DNA of 64,000 bases from Chiloscyllium plagiosum (Eukaryota), in the NCBI RefSeq assembly GCF_004010195.1, contig NC_057735.1, positions 52,216,018 to 52,280,017 on the forward strand. The letters are read 5' to 3'. The translations under genes and the position numbers were made by a program. Within the stretch, counting starts at the first letter, position 1. Every line of letters begins with the position of its first letter. Shown one piece after another: positions 50,660 through 63,691 of this stretch. The notes below the pieces were generated by a model that was not told the origin of the DNA, searched no databases, and saw only the letters and a list, made by a program, of their open reading frames with translations.

Positions 50660-53600
50660 TTGAGGGAGTTGGCCACCCAGAGAAGGCAGCAGGAACCAGG
50701 TGCATGGCACTGTCGCTGGTTCTGCTGTACAGGAGGGTGGGGAAAAAGAGTGGAAGGGCTACAGTGATAGGGGATTCAGTTATAAGTGAACGATAGGTCT
50801 TTCTGTTGTTGAAATCGAGACTCCTGAACGGTATGTTGTCTCCCTGGTGAATGGGTCAGGGGTGTCTCAGATTAGCTGCAGGAGGTTCTGAAGGGGGACC
50901 GTGAACAAGTAACTGACAATGTGCACATAGACACCAATGATACAGGCAAAAAAAAAAGGATTAGGTCCTACAAGCAGAATTTAAGTACTTAGGAGCCAAG
51001 TTAAAAAGTAGGACCTCAGAGATAGTAATCTCAGGATTGCACTATTGATATTTGCTAGTCAAAGGAGAAATGAAAGAATAGGCAAGATGAATGAGGGCCT
51101 TGAGATATCGTGCAGGAGGGAGGGGAGTTCAGATTTTTGTGACATTGGGACCGGTTCTGGGGGAGGTGGGACTATTACAAATCGAACAGTCTACACTTGG
51201 GCAGTAATGGAAACAATGCCCTTGGGGGTAATTTTGCTAATGCTGTTAGGAAGAGTTTAAACTAATGTGGCAGGGGGATGGGAACCAAATGAAGAGGTTA
51301 GTGGACTGTAAGGAGCTAGTAACTAAAGCCTATAAAAAACTAGTTACGTTTCTACCCTACTATTGTTATAATACTGAATGGACTCACAAACTTTTAGCAT
51401 TCGCCTGTACCAGTGTTTTGTTTTTTTGCCGTTGTTTACCTATTATTTACTTACATATGCTATTTAACCATGTGATCAGCCTGGATTCCTGGCAAAGCTT
51501 GTCACTGTACCTCAGTACACGTGACAATAAATTCAATTAAATTCAATTCAAATCAGCGTGAGTAAGGGGAAGGGTAGGCAGGGAGAAGATGATAACCGCA
51601 AAGGGTCAGGTGTTCTGAGGAGCATTTGTTTAAATGCGAGAAGTGTAGTAGGTAAGGCAGCTGAACTTAGGGCTTGAATTAGCACCTGGGAGTATGATGT
51701 TATCGCTATTACTGAGACTTGCTTGAGGGAATGGCAACATCCCAGGATATGGATGCTTCTGGTGGGATAGAGAGAAACGTAAAAGGGGTGGAGGAGTTGC
51801 ATTACTGGTCAGAGAGAATATCACAGCTGTGCTGAAGGAGGGCACTATGGAGGATTCGAGCAGCTGGGACCTTAATAGATATCTTTGCAGGATCCTTGAA
51901 CATAGGTGAGGTCTCAGAAAACTTGAGAATTGCTAACATTGTCCCCTTGTTTAAGAAGGATGGCAAGGATAATCCAGGTAATTATAGACCAGTGAGCCTG
52001 ACGTCAGTGGTAGGGAAGCTGCTGAACATACTAAGGGATAGGATCTATTCCCATTTGGAAGAAAATGGGCTTACCAGTGACAGGCCACATGGTTTTGTAA
52101 AGGGAAGTTCATGTCTTACTAACGTAATAAATTTTTTTGTGGAAGTGACAAAGTTGATATATGAGGAAGGGCTTTAGATGTCATTTGCATTGACTTCAAG
52201 AAGGCGTTTGATAAGGTTCCCCATAGTGGGCTGATGGAGAAAGTGGAGTTGCATGGGGTCTAGGGTATATGAGCTAGATAGAGAAAACAGGAGACAGAGA
52301 GTAGTAGTGGAATGGTGTTTCTCAAAATGGAGAACCGTGAGCGTGGTGTTCCACAGCGCTCCGTGCTGGGACCACTATTGTTTGTGATGCACATAAGTGA
52401 TCTTGAGGAAGATATAAGTGGTCTGATTAGCAAGCTTGCAGATGACACTAAGATTGGTAGAGTAGCAGATAGTGAGGGGACTGTCACAGAATGCAGAAGA
52501 ATGGATGCAAGGTTGCTTGCTGACCTGGCAGCTTCACTTTCAGACGTTATGTCACCATACTAGATAACATCATCAGTGAGCCTCAGGTGAAGCACGGGTG
52601 ATAGTGACCTGCATTCTATTTATATGTTTAGGTTTCCTTGGGTTGGTGATGTCATTCTTTCCAACACCCACAAACAAATCTGCATTAGAACATTATTTCA
52701 ACAAGCCAACAGAAACTGCAGCACAGAGGAACTACGAAGACCAGAGGAAAAATCACCTATACAATGTATTCAAAAAGAACAGGAACCCAATTAATACAGT
52801 CCTCCAAATTCTCAGCAACAAGCCCAAACAACCAGATAAAACACATCCAAAAAGCCTAGCCACTTTCCCCTACGTCAACGACATCTCAAAAATGACTGCC
52901 AGGCTGCTCAGACCTCTTGGCATCATGGTAGCCCACAAACACACCAACACACTAAAACAGCAGCTAATGAACTTGAAATATCCTAGACAGACAATAAGCA
53001 AAACTAATATCATGTACAAAATAACCTGCAAGGACTGTAACAAACACCACATTGGACAAACTGGCAGAAAACTAGCCACCAGGATACATGAACATCAACT
53101 AGCCACAAAAAGACATGACCCACTCTCACAGGTATCCTTATGTGCAGATGAGGAAAGACAACTGGGACAACCCCATCCATCCGAAGACAAGCTAAACAGA
53201 GACACACACGTGAATTCCTAGAAGCATGGCATTTCTATCGGAACTCTATCAACAAACAAATTGACTTAGATCCCAGTTACCACTTCCTGAGAAAAAGAAC
53301 AGGAAATTGCATCGCCATAGGAAATGACATCACCATCCCAAGTAAACCTAAACACATAAATAGAATGCGAGTCACTATCACCATTCCATCACCGGAGGGC
53401 CACTGATGATGTTACTTAGCATGGTGACGAAACATCTAAAAACAAAGCTTTCAGCAAGCAAACTTACATCCAGAACCTGAGCTACAAATGTTCTCAAAAC
53501 TGACTAATGCAAAAGAATCTGGATAGATTGGAAAGTTAGGTGGAAAAATGGGAGATGAAGTTCAATCTGGACAAATGTGAGGTGATACATTTTGGAAGAT

Positions 53601-54010
53601 CGAATTCTAGAGCGGACTATACCATAAATGGAAAAGTCCTGGGGAAAATTCATGTACATAGAGATCATGTTCGTGTCTATTGTACCCTGAAGGTGGCAAG
53701 GCAGTTCGATAGAGTGGTCACGAAGGCATATGGCATGTTTTCTTTCATTGGACGGGGTATTGAGCACAAGAGTTGGCAAGTCATGTTACAGTTGTCTAAA
53801 ACTTTTGTCCGGTCACATTTAGAATACTGTATACAGTTCTGGTCGCCACATTACCAAAAGGACGTGGGTGCTTTGGAGAGGGTGCAGAGGAGGTTCATCA
53901 GGATGTTGCCTGGTATGGAGGTATACAGTTCTGGTCGCCACATTACCAAAAGGACGTGGGTGCTTTGGAGAGGGTGCAGAAGAGGTTGAGTAGATTAGGA
54001 TTATTTTTCT
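50660..54010 (+). mobile_element. Fragmented CR1 LINE (ORF1 esterase, endonuclease, RT) interrupted by a Penelope element
   Basis: VIGDS, NYRPVSLTS, PQRSVLGPLLF, LADDTK, KWEMKFNLDKCEVIHFG. Confidence 0.85.
52503..53505 (+). mobile_element. Penelope-like element with GIY-YIG domain and inverted 5' terminal repeat
   Basis: TNIMYKITCKDCNKHHIGQTGRKLATRIHEH; TSD AATGCAGAAGAAT/AATGCAAAAGAAT; hammerhead-like CTGATGA...GAAAC at 53403. Confidence 0.87.
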
Positions 54011-54235
54011 TAGAATCTAATAATCTAATCAACCTCTCTTAATAGCTTAAGAAAGAGGCCTGGTGCCTTTTCTCACTGGCCCATGATTCGAGAGAAATAT
54101 TGAAATGTGTCTCTGTAACCCGCTGTGGGATAAGGTTGGACAAGTCAGCACACTGCCCTCAGTCTATTACAATAGTGACAGGTTACTTCATTGTTGAAAA
54201 TTTGAATTGAAATGAAGAAATCAAGGATTTATTGA

Positions 54236-55143
54236 CTACTGAGTGAGTTTGTTTGATTTAATAATTTGAGTGAAGGGATATTTCAGCACATTCTTCAGCT
54301 GCTGTCTGAACTTAGTCTGGGTCATAACATAAATTGCAGTGTTTGTGCAGCAACTGAGGAGCTGCAGCATGAAACCCAGTTCCCGCACAAACCAATCAAG
54401 AGACACAGACTTATACCCAATCAAAAACATCCGGTACCATATAGAAAACACCATTAACATTGACCATAACAGGATGAAATTGGCCGAGATGACAAAAAGT
54501 AAAATGATGGATTTTTTTCAATTTTGCATTTCTGTGCAACACTGACCAGCCCCACTGGTGTGAGTCTGGAGTCTCCTGCGGGCTCTGCTCGTCACTAAAA
54601 TGTATTTGACAATGAAAACATTGAGCAGCAGAATCAGGAGAAATGGGAGAACTGGGTTTAGAATATGGTGGAGGAATTCAATTGTGACCCAGAATAGACA
54701 GAATTGAACATCCCTTGTTACATAACAAAACCATGGGTTGTTCTCCAGCCAATACCAACCCGAAAGCATAAAACACCAGAAAATGTTCTTTAAACAGCTC
54801 AGCACAGTCACTGTTCCCAGAACCACAGCAGCCGTTTTCTCACTGCAATATTTACTTTTCAGCTTCTGGCAACAAATGGCCACAAATCGATCAAAGGTGA
54901 AAGTGACGGTGAACCAGACAGAGCAGTCAGTGGCTGCATAAAGCAGGACTGCATGGACATTACACACGGGGATGGACTTCAGGAAATGAAACTGTTCATC
55001 ATAAACAATGGGAATGTGTCTCAATATCAGGTCGAGGATAATGACCAGCAGATCTGCCACTGTCATGGCCACCAGGTAACGTCTGGCACATGGAGATAAT
55101 CCACAATCTTTATAAAGCAGGATGAAGATCGTCACTACGTTAA
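54236..55143 (-). pseudogene. GPR139/GPR142-like class A GPCR main exon with one in-frame stop
   Basis: CCTCACAG acceptor, then VNVVTIFIL, ADLLVII, TFDRFVAICC, PWFC, NTAIY. TGA at 54518-54520 aligns with CGA in the paralogue. The upstream coding exon was not found. Confidence 0.88.
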
Positions 55144-55536
55144 CTGTGAGGAAGGCAAACAAACAATTTAGACATCAGTCTAGAGGCAAAGTTACCAGTT
55201 TGCTTGAGGAGTGAGTCAAATTGTCAAATGAGTCACTGTATTCAGAGGTTTATTGATGGAATTGAAGCTGAATTAATAAAAGTTTTGAATTACTTCCAAA
55301 GTGTGATGTTAATAAAACATCTCCCGCCCAAACACACAGACACACGTCCATAAAAATAGATGATTTGTGGAACAATTTTATGCACTTGATCATTCGATAG
55401 CAAACACTGGTCATATGGCTACAGTTCCTAACATGGAGGGTGAAAGTGCTGCGGTCCTCAAGGATTCCGTCTCAGTTCTTTTCAGACAAATGGAGGTTGG
55501 AAATTACCGTCTTTTAGTTTTAATTTTTATTGGTCT

Positions 55537-55845
55537 AGATTAGATTCCCTACAGTATGGAAACAGGCCTTTTGGCCCAACAAGTCTCACCAACCTCTGAA
55601 GAGTAACACACCAGACCCATTCCCCTACCCTATATTTACCGCTGACTAATGCACCTAACACTGTGGGAAATTTAGCATGGCCAATTCAACTGGCCTGCAC
55701 ATCTTTGGACTGTAGGAGGAAACCCATGCAGACAGAGAGAGAATGTGCAAACTCCACACAGACATACACCCGAAGCTGGAATCAAACCTGGGTCCCTGGC
55801 ACTTTGAGGCAGCAGTGCTAAACACTGAGCCATCATGCTGCCTGT
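55537..55845 (-). mobile_element. HE1-type V-SINE
   Basis: Reverse complement of the SINE consensus. Confidence 0.88.
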
Positions 55846-56559
55846 ACCCTCTACAGTGAAAAAGCACAAATGGAGGGATAATGTATTCACCCATTTAGCT
55901 GTCTGAGGGGATTTCCAAACAACGTCTCCTTCTCCCTGGAATGGGATCTCTTCCCTCGGAATCTTAGCTTTTGTTCAATTAATTGACGTTCAAATATAAT
56001 ATCAGATGTAAAATATACCAGAGAATGTCAGTTATGGAAAGTTCTGGATAATGTCCAGAAAATTCCCAGGTTCAGGAAAAGACCAGATTCTCCCAATATG
56101 TGACACATGAAAATGAACAGAGTCTCTTTTTCTCATAAATTCAGGTACATCATGAGGCTATTCAACCCTTCAAACCTTCTCCATCATTCATTGAGGCTGT
56201 GGCTGATCTGATGGCGTCCTGGGCTTCATGTTACAGGAACTTTTATTCATTTAATGCTCTGGGTTCCTGTCACTGACCAGTGGCCAATCAGACTCTTTTT
56301 ACACCGATTTTCTTCAAGCATGTGTTCAGGAACAAAGTCCACAATGACTGACTATCCAAACAATACATTCCATCAGATTTAAATTTTGATGTTATTTTAA
56401 GAGCACTTTACACATAACAATAAAAACAGATACTCTTTTAGTGGATATCATGATTCACTTACAGTTAGGAGATGTGGTGATTTGATTTGTCTCATCTTAA
56501 GTTATTTGATCAATGACAGCATTGAGACTCTTGATTCATTATAAAATACCACTACAAAA

Positions 56560-58550
56560 AGGCCTGTGTAGGAAATGTCAGGAATTAGGAACAAAAGTAA
56601 AGAGCAGAACCTCAAGTGTTAGACTCTCAGGATCGTTACCCAAGCCACTTGAAAATTGGTACAGAAAGAAGAAAAATCGGGGAGTAAATGTGTCACGAAA
56701 GGTTAGTGCAGGATTTCATGGGAAACAGACATCCGTATTAGGTCAGGCAGGAAGTGGACCAATGGGATGGGCTCCACCTGAACCCATCAGCAACCAGGAT
56801 CCGAGCTGAACAGTTAAACAGCGTGGTTACAGGACTGGAAATAGTTGAAGGACAGAGGGCTCAGGAGAGGTTTTTAAAATTTCCAGAACAAATAATAGGA
56901 GAGACAGTTTGCTGCTGGTCAGTAATCTAATTTCAGGCACAACAGATAAGGGACAACGATGATAAGTGAGATAATTAATGCAGCACTGAGGATGTTGGAC
57001 TTAAATGCTTGCAGTACATGAAACAAGGTAAAAGAGCTTGCAGCTCTGATTGAATCTGATGGGTACATGGATGTGGGCAATCCTGAGACAGGGCTGCAAG
57101 GGGATCAGGGTTGGGAAGTAAATATCCAAGGAATTACGTCCGATTGAAAAATCAGGCAGATGGGGAGAGCAAGAGGGGATACCTTGTTAGGAAGAAATGA
57201 AATTAAATCAATAACGAGAAGTGATATATGGTGAGAAGGTGTTGAATCCGAGTGCGTAGAGATCAGGAACAGCAAAGGAAAAATAAATTCTCCGTGGGAG
57301 CTGCATGCAGATCTCCTAACAGTTGTCAGGATGTGAGGCACAGAAGAAATTAGGAGACAGAAAAGGCATGTAAAAAAGTCACTGCTGCGACAATGGTGGG
57401 GGAATTCAATATGCAAGTGGTCTAGGAAAATCAGGTTGATAACAGATCCCAAGAAAAGGAATTTGTGGAATATATACGAGATTTCTTTTGGACAAGCTTT
57501 CCTTGGACCTCAAGGCAATTCTGGATTTGATGATGCAGACTGAGACAGACGTGATGGAGCTGAAGGAGCTTGTGTGGGCCGTGAGCACAATATGGTCAAT
57601 GACACCCTGCAATTTGAGAAGGAGAAGCTGGAAATCAGCACCGTTGACTAAACATAGCTTCAAAGACATGACGGAGGAGCTGGCCAGAGTTGATTGGAAG
57701 GAGAGGCTAACAGGGAAGTCAGTGGAGCAGCAACGACTCGAGTTTCTGGGGGTAATTTGGGAGGCACAGCATAAATTCATGCCAAGGAATAAGACACATA
57801 CTAATGGGAGAAAGAGGGAAGATAGGAAAATGGCAAACGTAACAACTGTTTAAGGCGGGGAGGGAGACAGAAATGGAAGATTATAGGCTGTTTGGGCTGA
57901 CCTCTGTCGATGATTAGATATTACCATTCATTAATAAGGATGAGATTGTGGAGTGGGTGGTAAAACAGGGCTAAGTCAACATGACTTCGTGTGAAGCAGA
58001 GGTTCCAGAAGATCTTTGATAAGGTACCGCACAAGAGGCTGCTAAATAGATTAAGTGCCCAAGGTGTTAAGGGCAAGATACTGACATAAACAGAGCATGT
58101 CTGATTGGCAGGAGGCTGAGATTAGGGGTAAACGGATCATTTTCAGGATGGCATCTGTTGACTGGCAGAGTTCCGGAGGGGACCAGAGTTAGGACACAAC
58201 TGTTCATGTTGCACATTAATGATCTGGATGCAGGAACTGAGGCCTTTGTTGCTAAGCTTACAGATGACACAAAGACTGGTGGAGGGACAGGTGAAGGCGA
58301 TGAGACAGCAGAAAGAAAAATCGCTGAAGGTGGCAGGAGGGTTTAGTGAGATAATTAAGAAAATATATGGGACACTTTATTTCTAAAGGCATTGATTGCA
58401 AGAGTGTAGATGTTATGTTGAGCAGTTCAGAACTATGGTTAGGCCAAAGCTGGAGGACTGTATACAGTTCTGGCCATCACTCTAGAGGAAGGATATAATT
58501 GCAATGGGATGGCTGCAGAGGAAGTTCACCAGGATGTTGCCTGGGATAAG
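56560..58550 (+). mobile_element. Old decayed CR1 LINE
   Basis: VPEGTRVRTQLFMLHINDL...LTDDTK remnants. Confidence 0.7.
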
Positions 58551-58767
58551 ACGACAAGACAATGGAGCCAAAGTAGGCCATTCAGCCAATCGCGTCTGCT
58601 CCGCCACTCATGGTTGATCTGATAACCCTCAAATTCCATTAACTTTCGTTTCTTCTTGATTCACTTACTGATTAAAAATCTGTCCATCTCAGCTTTGAAT
58701 GCACTTAATGACTCAGCCTCGACAGCCCCACTGTGGTTTAGAACTCAATAGAATCACGAAGAGTAAA

Positions 58768-61130
58768 TGTTGTGCTTGGAATGTGGTCAGCCAGGTAGAT
58801 ATCAGAGTATGAGTTCCTCCAACGAGGAGGTTAATCTGGGCCAAGCAGAAAACCCCAGCTGACAGCTATAAAGAGGAATATTTCAACAGGTCGAGACAGC
58901 GCGCCATGGAGGGGATCGTTATGGCCGACTGCCTGCTCCTCTTCCGTGGTTACGTTAGGGCCCGGGTATCCTTGGAGAAGGAGCACGCGGTGTCCACCAA
59001 CAACCTGGAGCTGTTCAGGGAGAGGTGGGCGCCGCAGGGAGTGGAGTGCATCATTTCTCCCTCCAACTCTATTTTGATTTAGTCCCTACCCTCCCCTTCA
59101 CTGTTTTGATCACACAGCACTGCCCTTTGATGTGAAGAGCAGTGTTTGTCACTGGCCACCCGGGTGTTTTCCTATCTTCCTGGTGGTGGAATTTGAATAA
59201 AGATTCGTGCACTTTGTGTCTTTCACTGTGTCTCACACCTGCACACACACACACCATGGGTGCTGGGGATAAAATAAGCACTACCGCACTTAGGTGGTAG
59301 TGTGGGGGTTAAATTATTTTAAAAAAAAGATAAAGAGGAATATTTCAACAGGTCGAGACAGCGGGCCGTGGAGGGGATCGTTATGGCCGACTGCCTGCTC
59401 CTCCTTCGTGGTTACGTTAGGGCCCGGGTGTCCTTGGAGAAGGAGCACGCGGTGTCCACCAACACCCTGGAGTTGTTCAGGGAGAGGTGGGCGCCGCAGG
59501 GAGTGGAGTGCATCATTTCTCCCTCCAACTCTATTTTGATTTAGTCCCTACCCTCCCCTTCACTGTTTTGATCACACAGCACTGCCCTTTGATGTGAAGA
59601 GCAGTGTTTGTCACTGGCCACCCGAGTGTTTTCCTATCTTCCTGGTGGTGGAATTTAAATAAAGATTCGTGCACTTTGTGTCTTTCACTGTGTCTCACAC
59701 CTGCACACACACACCAGGGGTGCTGGGGAAAAAAAAAGTACTACCGCACTTAGGTGGTAGTGTGGGGGTTAAATAAAAAAAAATAAACAAGAGATTCCCC
59801 GAAGAAAAAAAAAAGAACAAAAAAACAGAGGAATATTTCAACTGGTCGAGGCAGCGGGCCGTGGAGGGGGTTGTTAGGGCCGACTGCCTGCCCCTCTTCC
59901 GTGGTTACGTTCGGGCCCGGGTGTCCTTGGAGAAGGAGCACGCGGTGTCCACCAAAGCCCTGGAGTTGTTCAGGGACAGGTGCGCCCCGCGGGGAGTGGA
60001 GTGCATTATTTCCCCCTCCAACTCTATTTTGATTTAGTTCCTACCCTCCCCTTCATTGTTTTGATCACACAGCACTGCCCTTTGATGTGAAGGGCAGTGT
60101 TTGTCACTGGCCACCCGGGTGTTTTCCTATCTTCCTGGTGGTGAAAATCGAATAAAGATTCGTGCACTTTGTGTCTTTCACTGTGTCTCACACCTGCACA
60201 CATGCACCATGGGTGCTGGGGAAAAAATAAGCACTACCGCGGTTAGGCGTTAGTGTGGGTGTTAAAAAAAACCAGAGCTACACAGCATTGCCCTTTGATG
60301 TGAAGGGTACTGCTTGTCACTGGCCACTCGGGTGTTTCCTTTCTTCCTGGTGGTGGAAATTTGAATAAAGATTCGTGCACCTTGTGTAAGAAAATAAAAT
60401 AAAAGAAAAAACAAAGAGGAATATTTCAACAGGTCGAGGCAATGGGCCGTGGAGGGGATCGTTAGGGCCGATTGCCTGCCCCTCTTCCGCGGTTACGTTA
60501 GGGCCCGTGTTTCCTTGGAGAAGGAGGACGCAGTGTCCACCAACACCCTGGAGTTGTTCAGGGAGAGGTGGGCGCCGCAGGGAGTGGAGTGCATTATTTC
60601 CCCCTCCAACTCTATTTTGATTTAGTCCCTACCCTCCACTTCACTGTTTGATCACACAGCATTGCCCTTTGACGTGAAGAGCAGTGCTTGTAAATGGCCA
60701 CTCCGGTGTTTTCCTATCTTCCTGGTGGTGGAAATTGAATAAAGATTTGTTCACTTTTTGTCTTTCACTATGTCTCACACTTGTACACAAACAGCATGGG
60801 TGCTGGGGAAAAATAAGCTCTACTGCAGTTGGGCGGTAGTGTGGGGGTTAAATAAAAAAAAATAAACAGAATATCAGAGGTTCTGTTCACTCTGAGAACT
60901 GTCTCTGAGGTATCTGGATCAGTGTGTGTGCGCGTGCATAAAGGCCTCTTGGGTGTTTCCTTTCTTCGTGGTAAAAAAAAGGAAAAAAAAAAGAGGAATA
61001 TTCACGATTCTGCTTATTTTCTTCAGAAGCAAATTCTGAGGAAGCAGGATCATTGTCAAGGACTTTCCATTTGTAAATAAAGGGTGGTTTGGTGACAGAA
61101 AACCAGTCTCTGTGGAGGTATTTCTGTAAA
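58768..61130 (+). mobile_element. LTR-like host repeat split by the Tx1-like array
   Basis: TG start near 58768, TATAAA at 58868, sequence resumes near 60868, AATAAA near 61076. Confidence 0.5.
58873..60867 (+). mobile_element. Head-to-tail array of four 5'-truncated Tx1-like (L1 clade) retrotransposon 3' ends
   Basis: Units start at 58873, 59335, 59828 and 60416. Each encodes NRSRQRAVEG...FRGYVRARVSLEKEHAVST...RERWAPQGVECIISPSNSILI*, then a 3' UTR, AATAAA and an A-rich tail. Confidence 0.8.
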
Positions 61131-61966
61131 GTTATCATAGTCCTGCTTGACTGTAGGGCTGTTCTCTCATTGGAGAGAGATGCCTGGTGGTGGTATAAAG
61201 TGAGGATCACCAACCCTCAGGCAGGGGGAGAGGTAGAGGCTTTCATGGCAATCTCAAACTGTACGAGAAATGACACCATGTTGTTGGCATCCCTGTGCAT
61301 TACAAACCATCGGACTAGTGAAGTGAGCTAACCAAACCTCTAAACAGGTTCTCTACCCTCTGAGATGGAATTTAAAAAAAAACCCTTGTTCTTTGTCTTA
61401 AATGTATGACTCCTTATTCTCAGATTCTGCCGTCTGGTCTCAGACTCTCCCAAAAGGAGAAAGAACCTCTCCATGTTTATGCTGTCAAGTCCCCTAAATA
61501 TCTTGAATGTTTCAATAAGGCAAGTCGTTTTCCAGGCATCATTTATGATAGCCACCTTGTCAGTCTCTGTTTCCCAAGGGACACTTCTTCTTATCTCTCG
61601 AACGGGACAATTTATCAATATCTTCTTGGAAGCAAAAGTCCAAAGTCTAGGACAGGGCAGCAATGCTGGCTCATGTACAGTTCACAGGATGAAAGAAATT
61701 TACTGACAAAGTCCTGAAGTCAAACAATGATGTCAGATGAAGTCAAACAATGATGTGGCCGTCTGTTCTCGATCCTTCCATTGATTGTGAACTTATTCTC
61801 TCTGTCTACTTTGTTCAGGCCCCCTCATGATTTTGAGCACCTCCATCAAACCTCCTCTTAACTTTCACATCTCCAAGCAAAACAGGCAGAACTTCTGCAA
61901 TCTACCAGCCTCACTAAAATTAGACAGATTCACAGCCGACTGTATTTGGGAAATGAAAGAAGAGGA

Positions 61967-62421
61967 GAAAGTGAGGTCTGCAGATGCTGGAGATCAAAGT
62001 TGAAACTTTATTGCTGGAACAGCACAGCAGGTCAGGCAGCATCCAGGGAACAGGAGATTCGACGTTTCGGGCACAGGCCCTTCTTCAGGAACATCACTGG
62101 TCATCAAGCTGCAGGCTGAATACTTTCTATCTACTACCATCCTCTGCCTTCTATGGGCCAGCCAATTCTGAATCCAGACAGACAGGTTTCTCTGTATCCC
62201 ATGCCTTCTATCACCCTCACCTTGACCTCTTTCCACCTATCACATTTCCAACGCCCCTCCTCCAAGTGTAGGGTAGCCAGGAAGGACCTGAAGAGAGAGC
62301 TAAAAGCAGCAAGGAGGGGACATGAAAGGTCCTTAGTCGATAGGATTAGGGAAAACCCTAAGGAATCTCCTGTTCCCTGGATGCTGCCTGACCTGCTGTG
62401 CTGTTCCAGCAATAAAGTTTC
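61967..62421. mobile_element. Composite insertion: inverted Penelope terminal repeats enclosing two CR1 fragments
   Basis: 16-bp TSD AAATGAAAGAAGAGGA at 61951 and 62422. Confidence 0.8.
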
Positions 62422-62773
62422 AAATGAAAGAAGAGGACAATCGTTCGATTTCTATCCCATGTGTAACAGCACAGCAGGCTGTTCACTTGCTTCCAATGGC
62501 CAGATCAAACTGGGAGCACTGTGCACATGATGAATCATAGTCATTAATAAGAGCAATGGGGAAAACAAAGGAAGTTCTATACGCATATAACAGCCAGAAA
62601 ATTGATCTCGCTACTGCATGAAGAAGAGGAGGCAGATTTCACAGGTACATATGAATACAATGGGCCAAATAGCCTTTTTCTATACTGTAATGACTCGATA
62701 AATTTAAAAGGGACGCTCTACCAGTGTCTGAATAATAAAATAATAGGAAATGCCGAGTTTTAAATGAATACTG

Positions 62774-62897
62774 TGAATACAGGGGTGATGGGTGAATGGG
62801 GCAGTGTAGATCAGTGAATACAGGGGTGATGGGTGAATAAGACAGTGTAGGTCAGTGATTTCAGTGATAATAGTGAATGGGACAGTGTAAGTCAGAC
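62774..62897. repeat. ~41-bp minisatellite, 3 copies
   Basis: GTGAATACAGGGGTGATGGGTGAATGGGGCAGTGTAGATCA. Confidence 0.8.
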
Positions 62898-63691
62898 TGA
62901 CTGTATGTAATTTTTGAATGACTGATCGGTCAGGGATGTTGGTGCATAGAGAGAGAACTGCAGCTGAGAACTGCAGCTATGAGCTACAATTTTATTTACT
63001 ACTCGAGTAGTGTCAAAGGGGTGAATGTCCTTGTGTTTCTCGGTTCTACGTTGTAATGTTCCATTTAGCCCTTTGAAAATGTTGCACAGGAGAAGCTAGA
63101 GGCCTTTTTGATGGTTAGGTGTAAGTTGTAAAATGTACTTGGATAATCCAGTCTAGCTCAAGAATAGCTCCCTCATCCCCATTCCCAGCTTCCCATCTTT
63201 GTAACATTTGCTCCAGATATTAGTCAAGCTGCAGACCCAGATTCACTCTCAAAACAGGCCTCACCTAGGGTTGGCTCAGTCAAATCCTCTGGTCTCGTTA
63301 AATGCAACATTGTACTCACGGCCTCCAGGAAATTAAAAGTAACTTTCCCAAAGCAGAACATAAGTGTGAAGGTAATGTGGTGTTGCAAGGTGTAATTTTG
63401 AAGAGACATTTTAAGTCGAAGGTATCTTGTAGTTTGCCAGAGACACTAAATTAACCAGCTTGTAAGACCTTGGCTTTTTAAAAGTTGGAACAACAGAAAC
63501 AGCCTGAATGGGTGGCATCGAGCTCTCACAGAACCAGGAATTTTAGTTTTAAATAGGAGTTGCTGTTGAAGTCGTGAAGAAGTTAAAGCTATTCGTTCCT
63601 TCTCTATTTTACAGCCAAAAGCTGGGGTTCTGTTTTCTTACAGGAGTTGTATGTGAGACAATGTTTTTTTCTGAATTTGCCTTTTGCTAAG

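Noticed and set aside
58873-60867. CRISPR-like or snRNA/5S gene array
   Set aside because: Units encode a retrotransposon ORF2 C-terminus with poly(A) tails, and there are no unique spacers or RNA-gene motifs.
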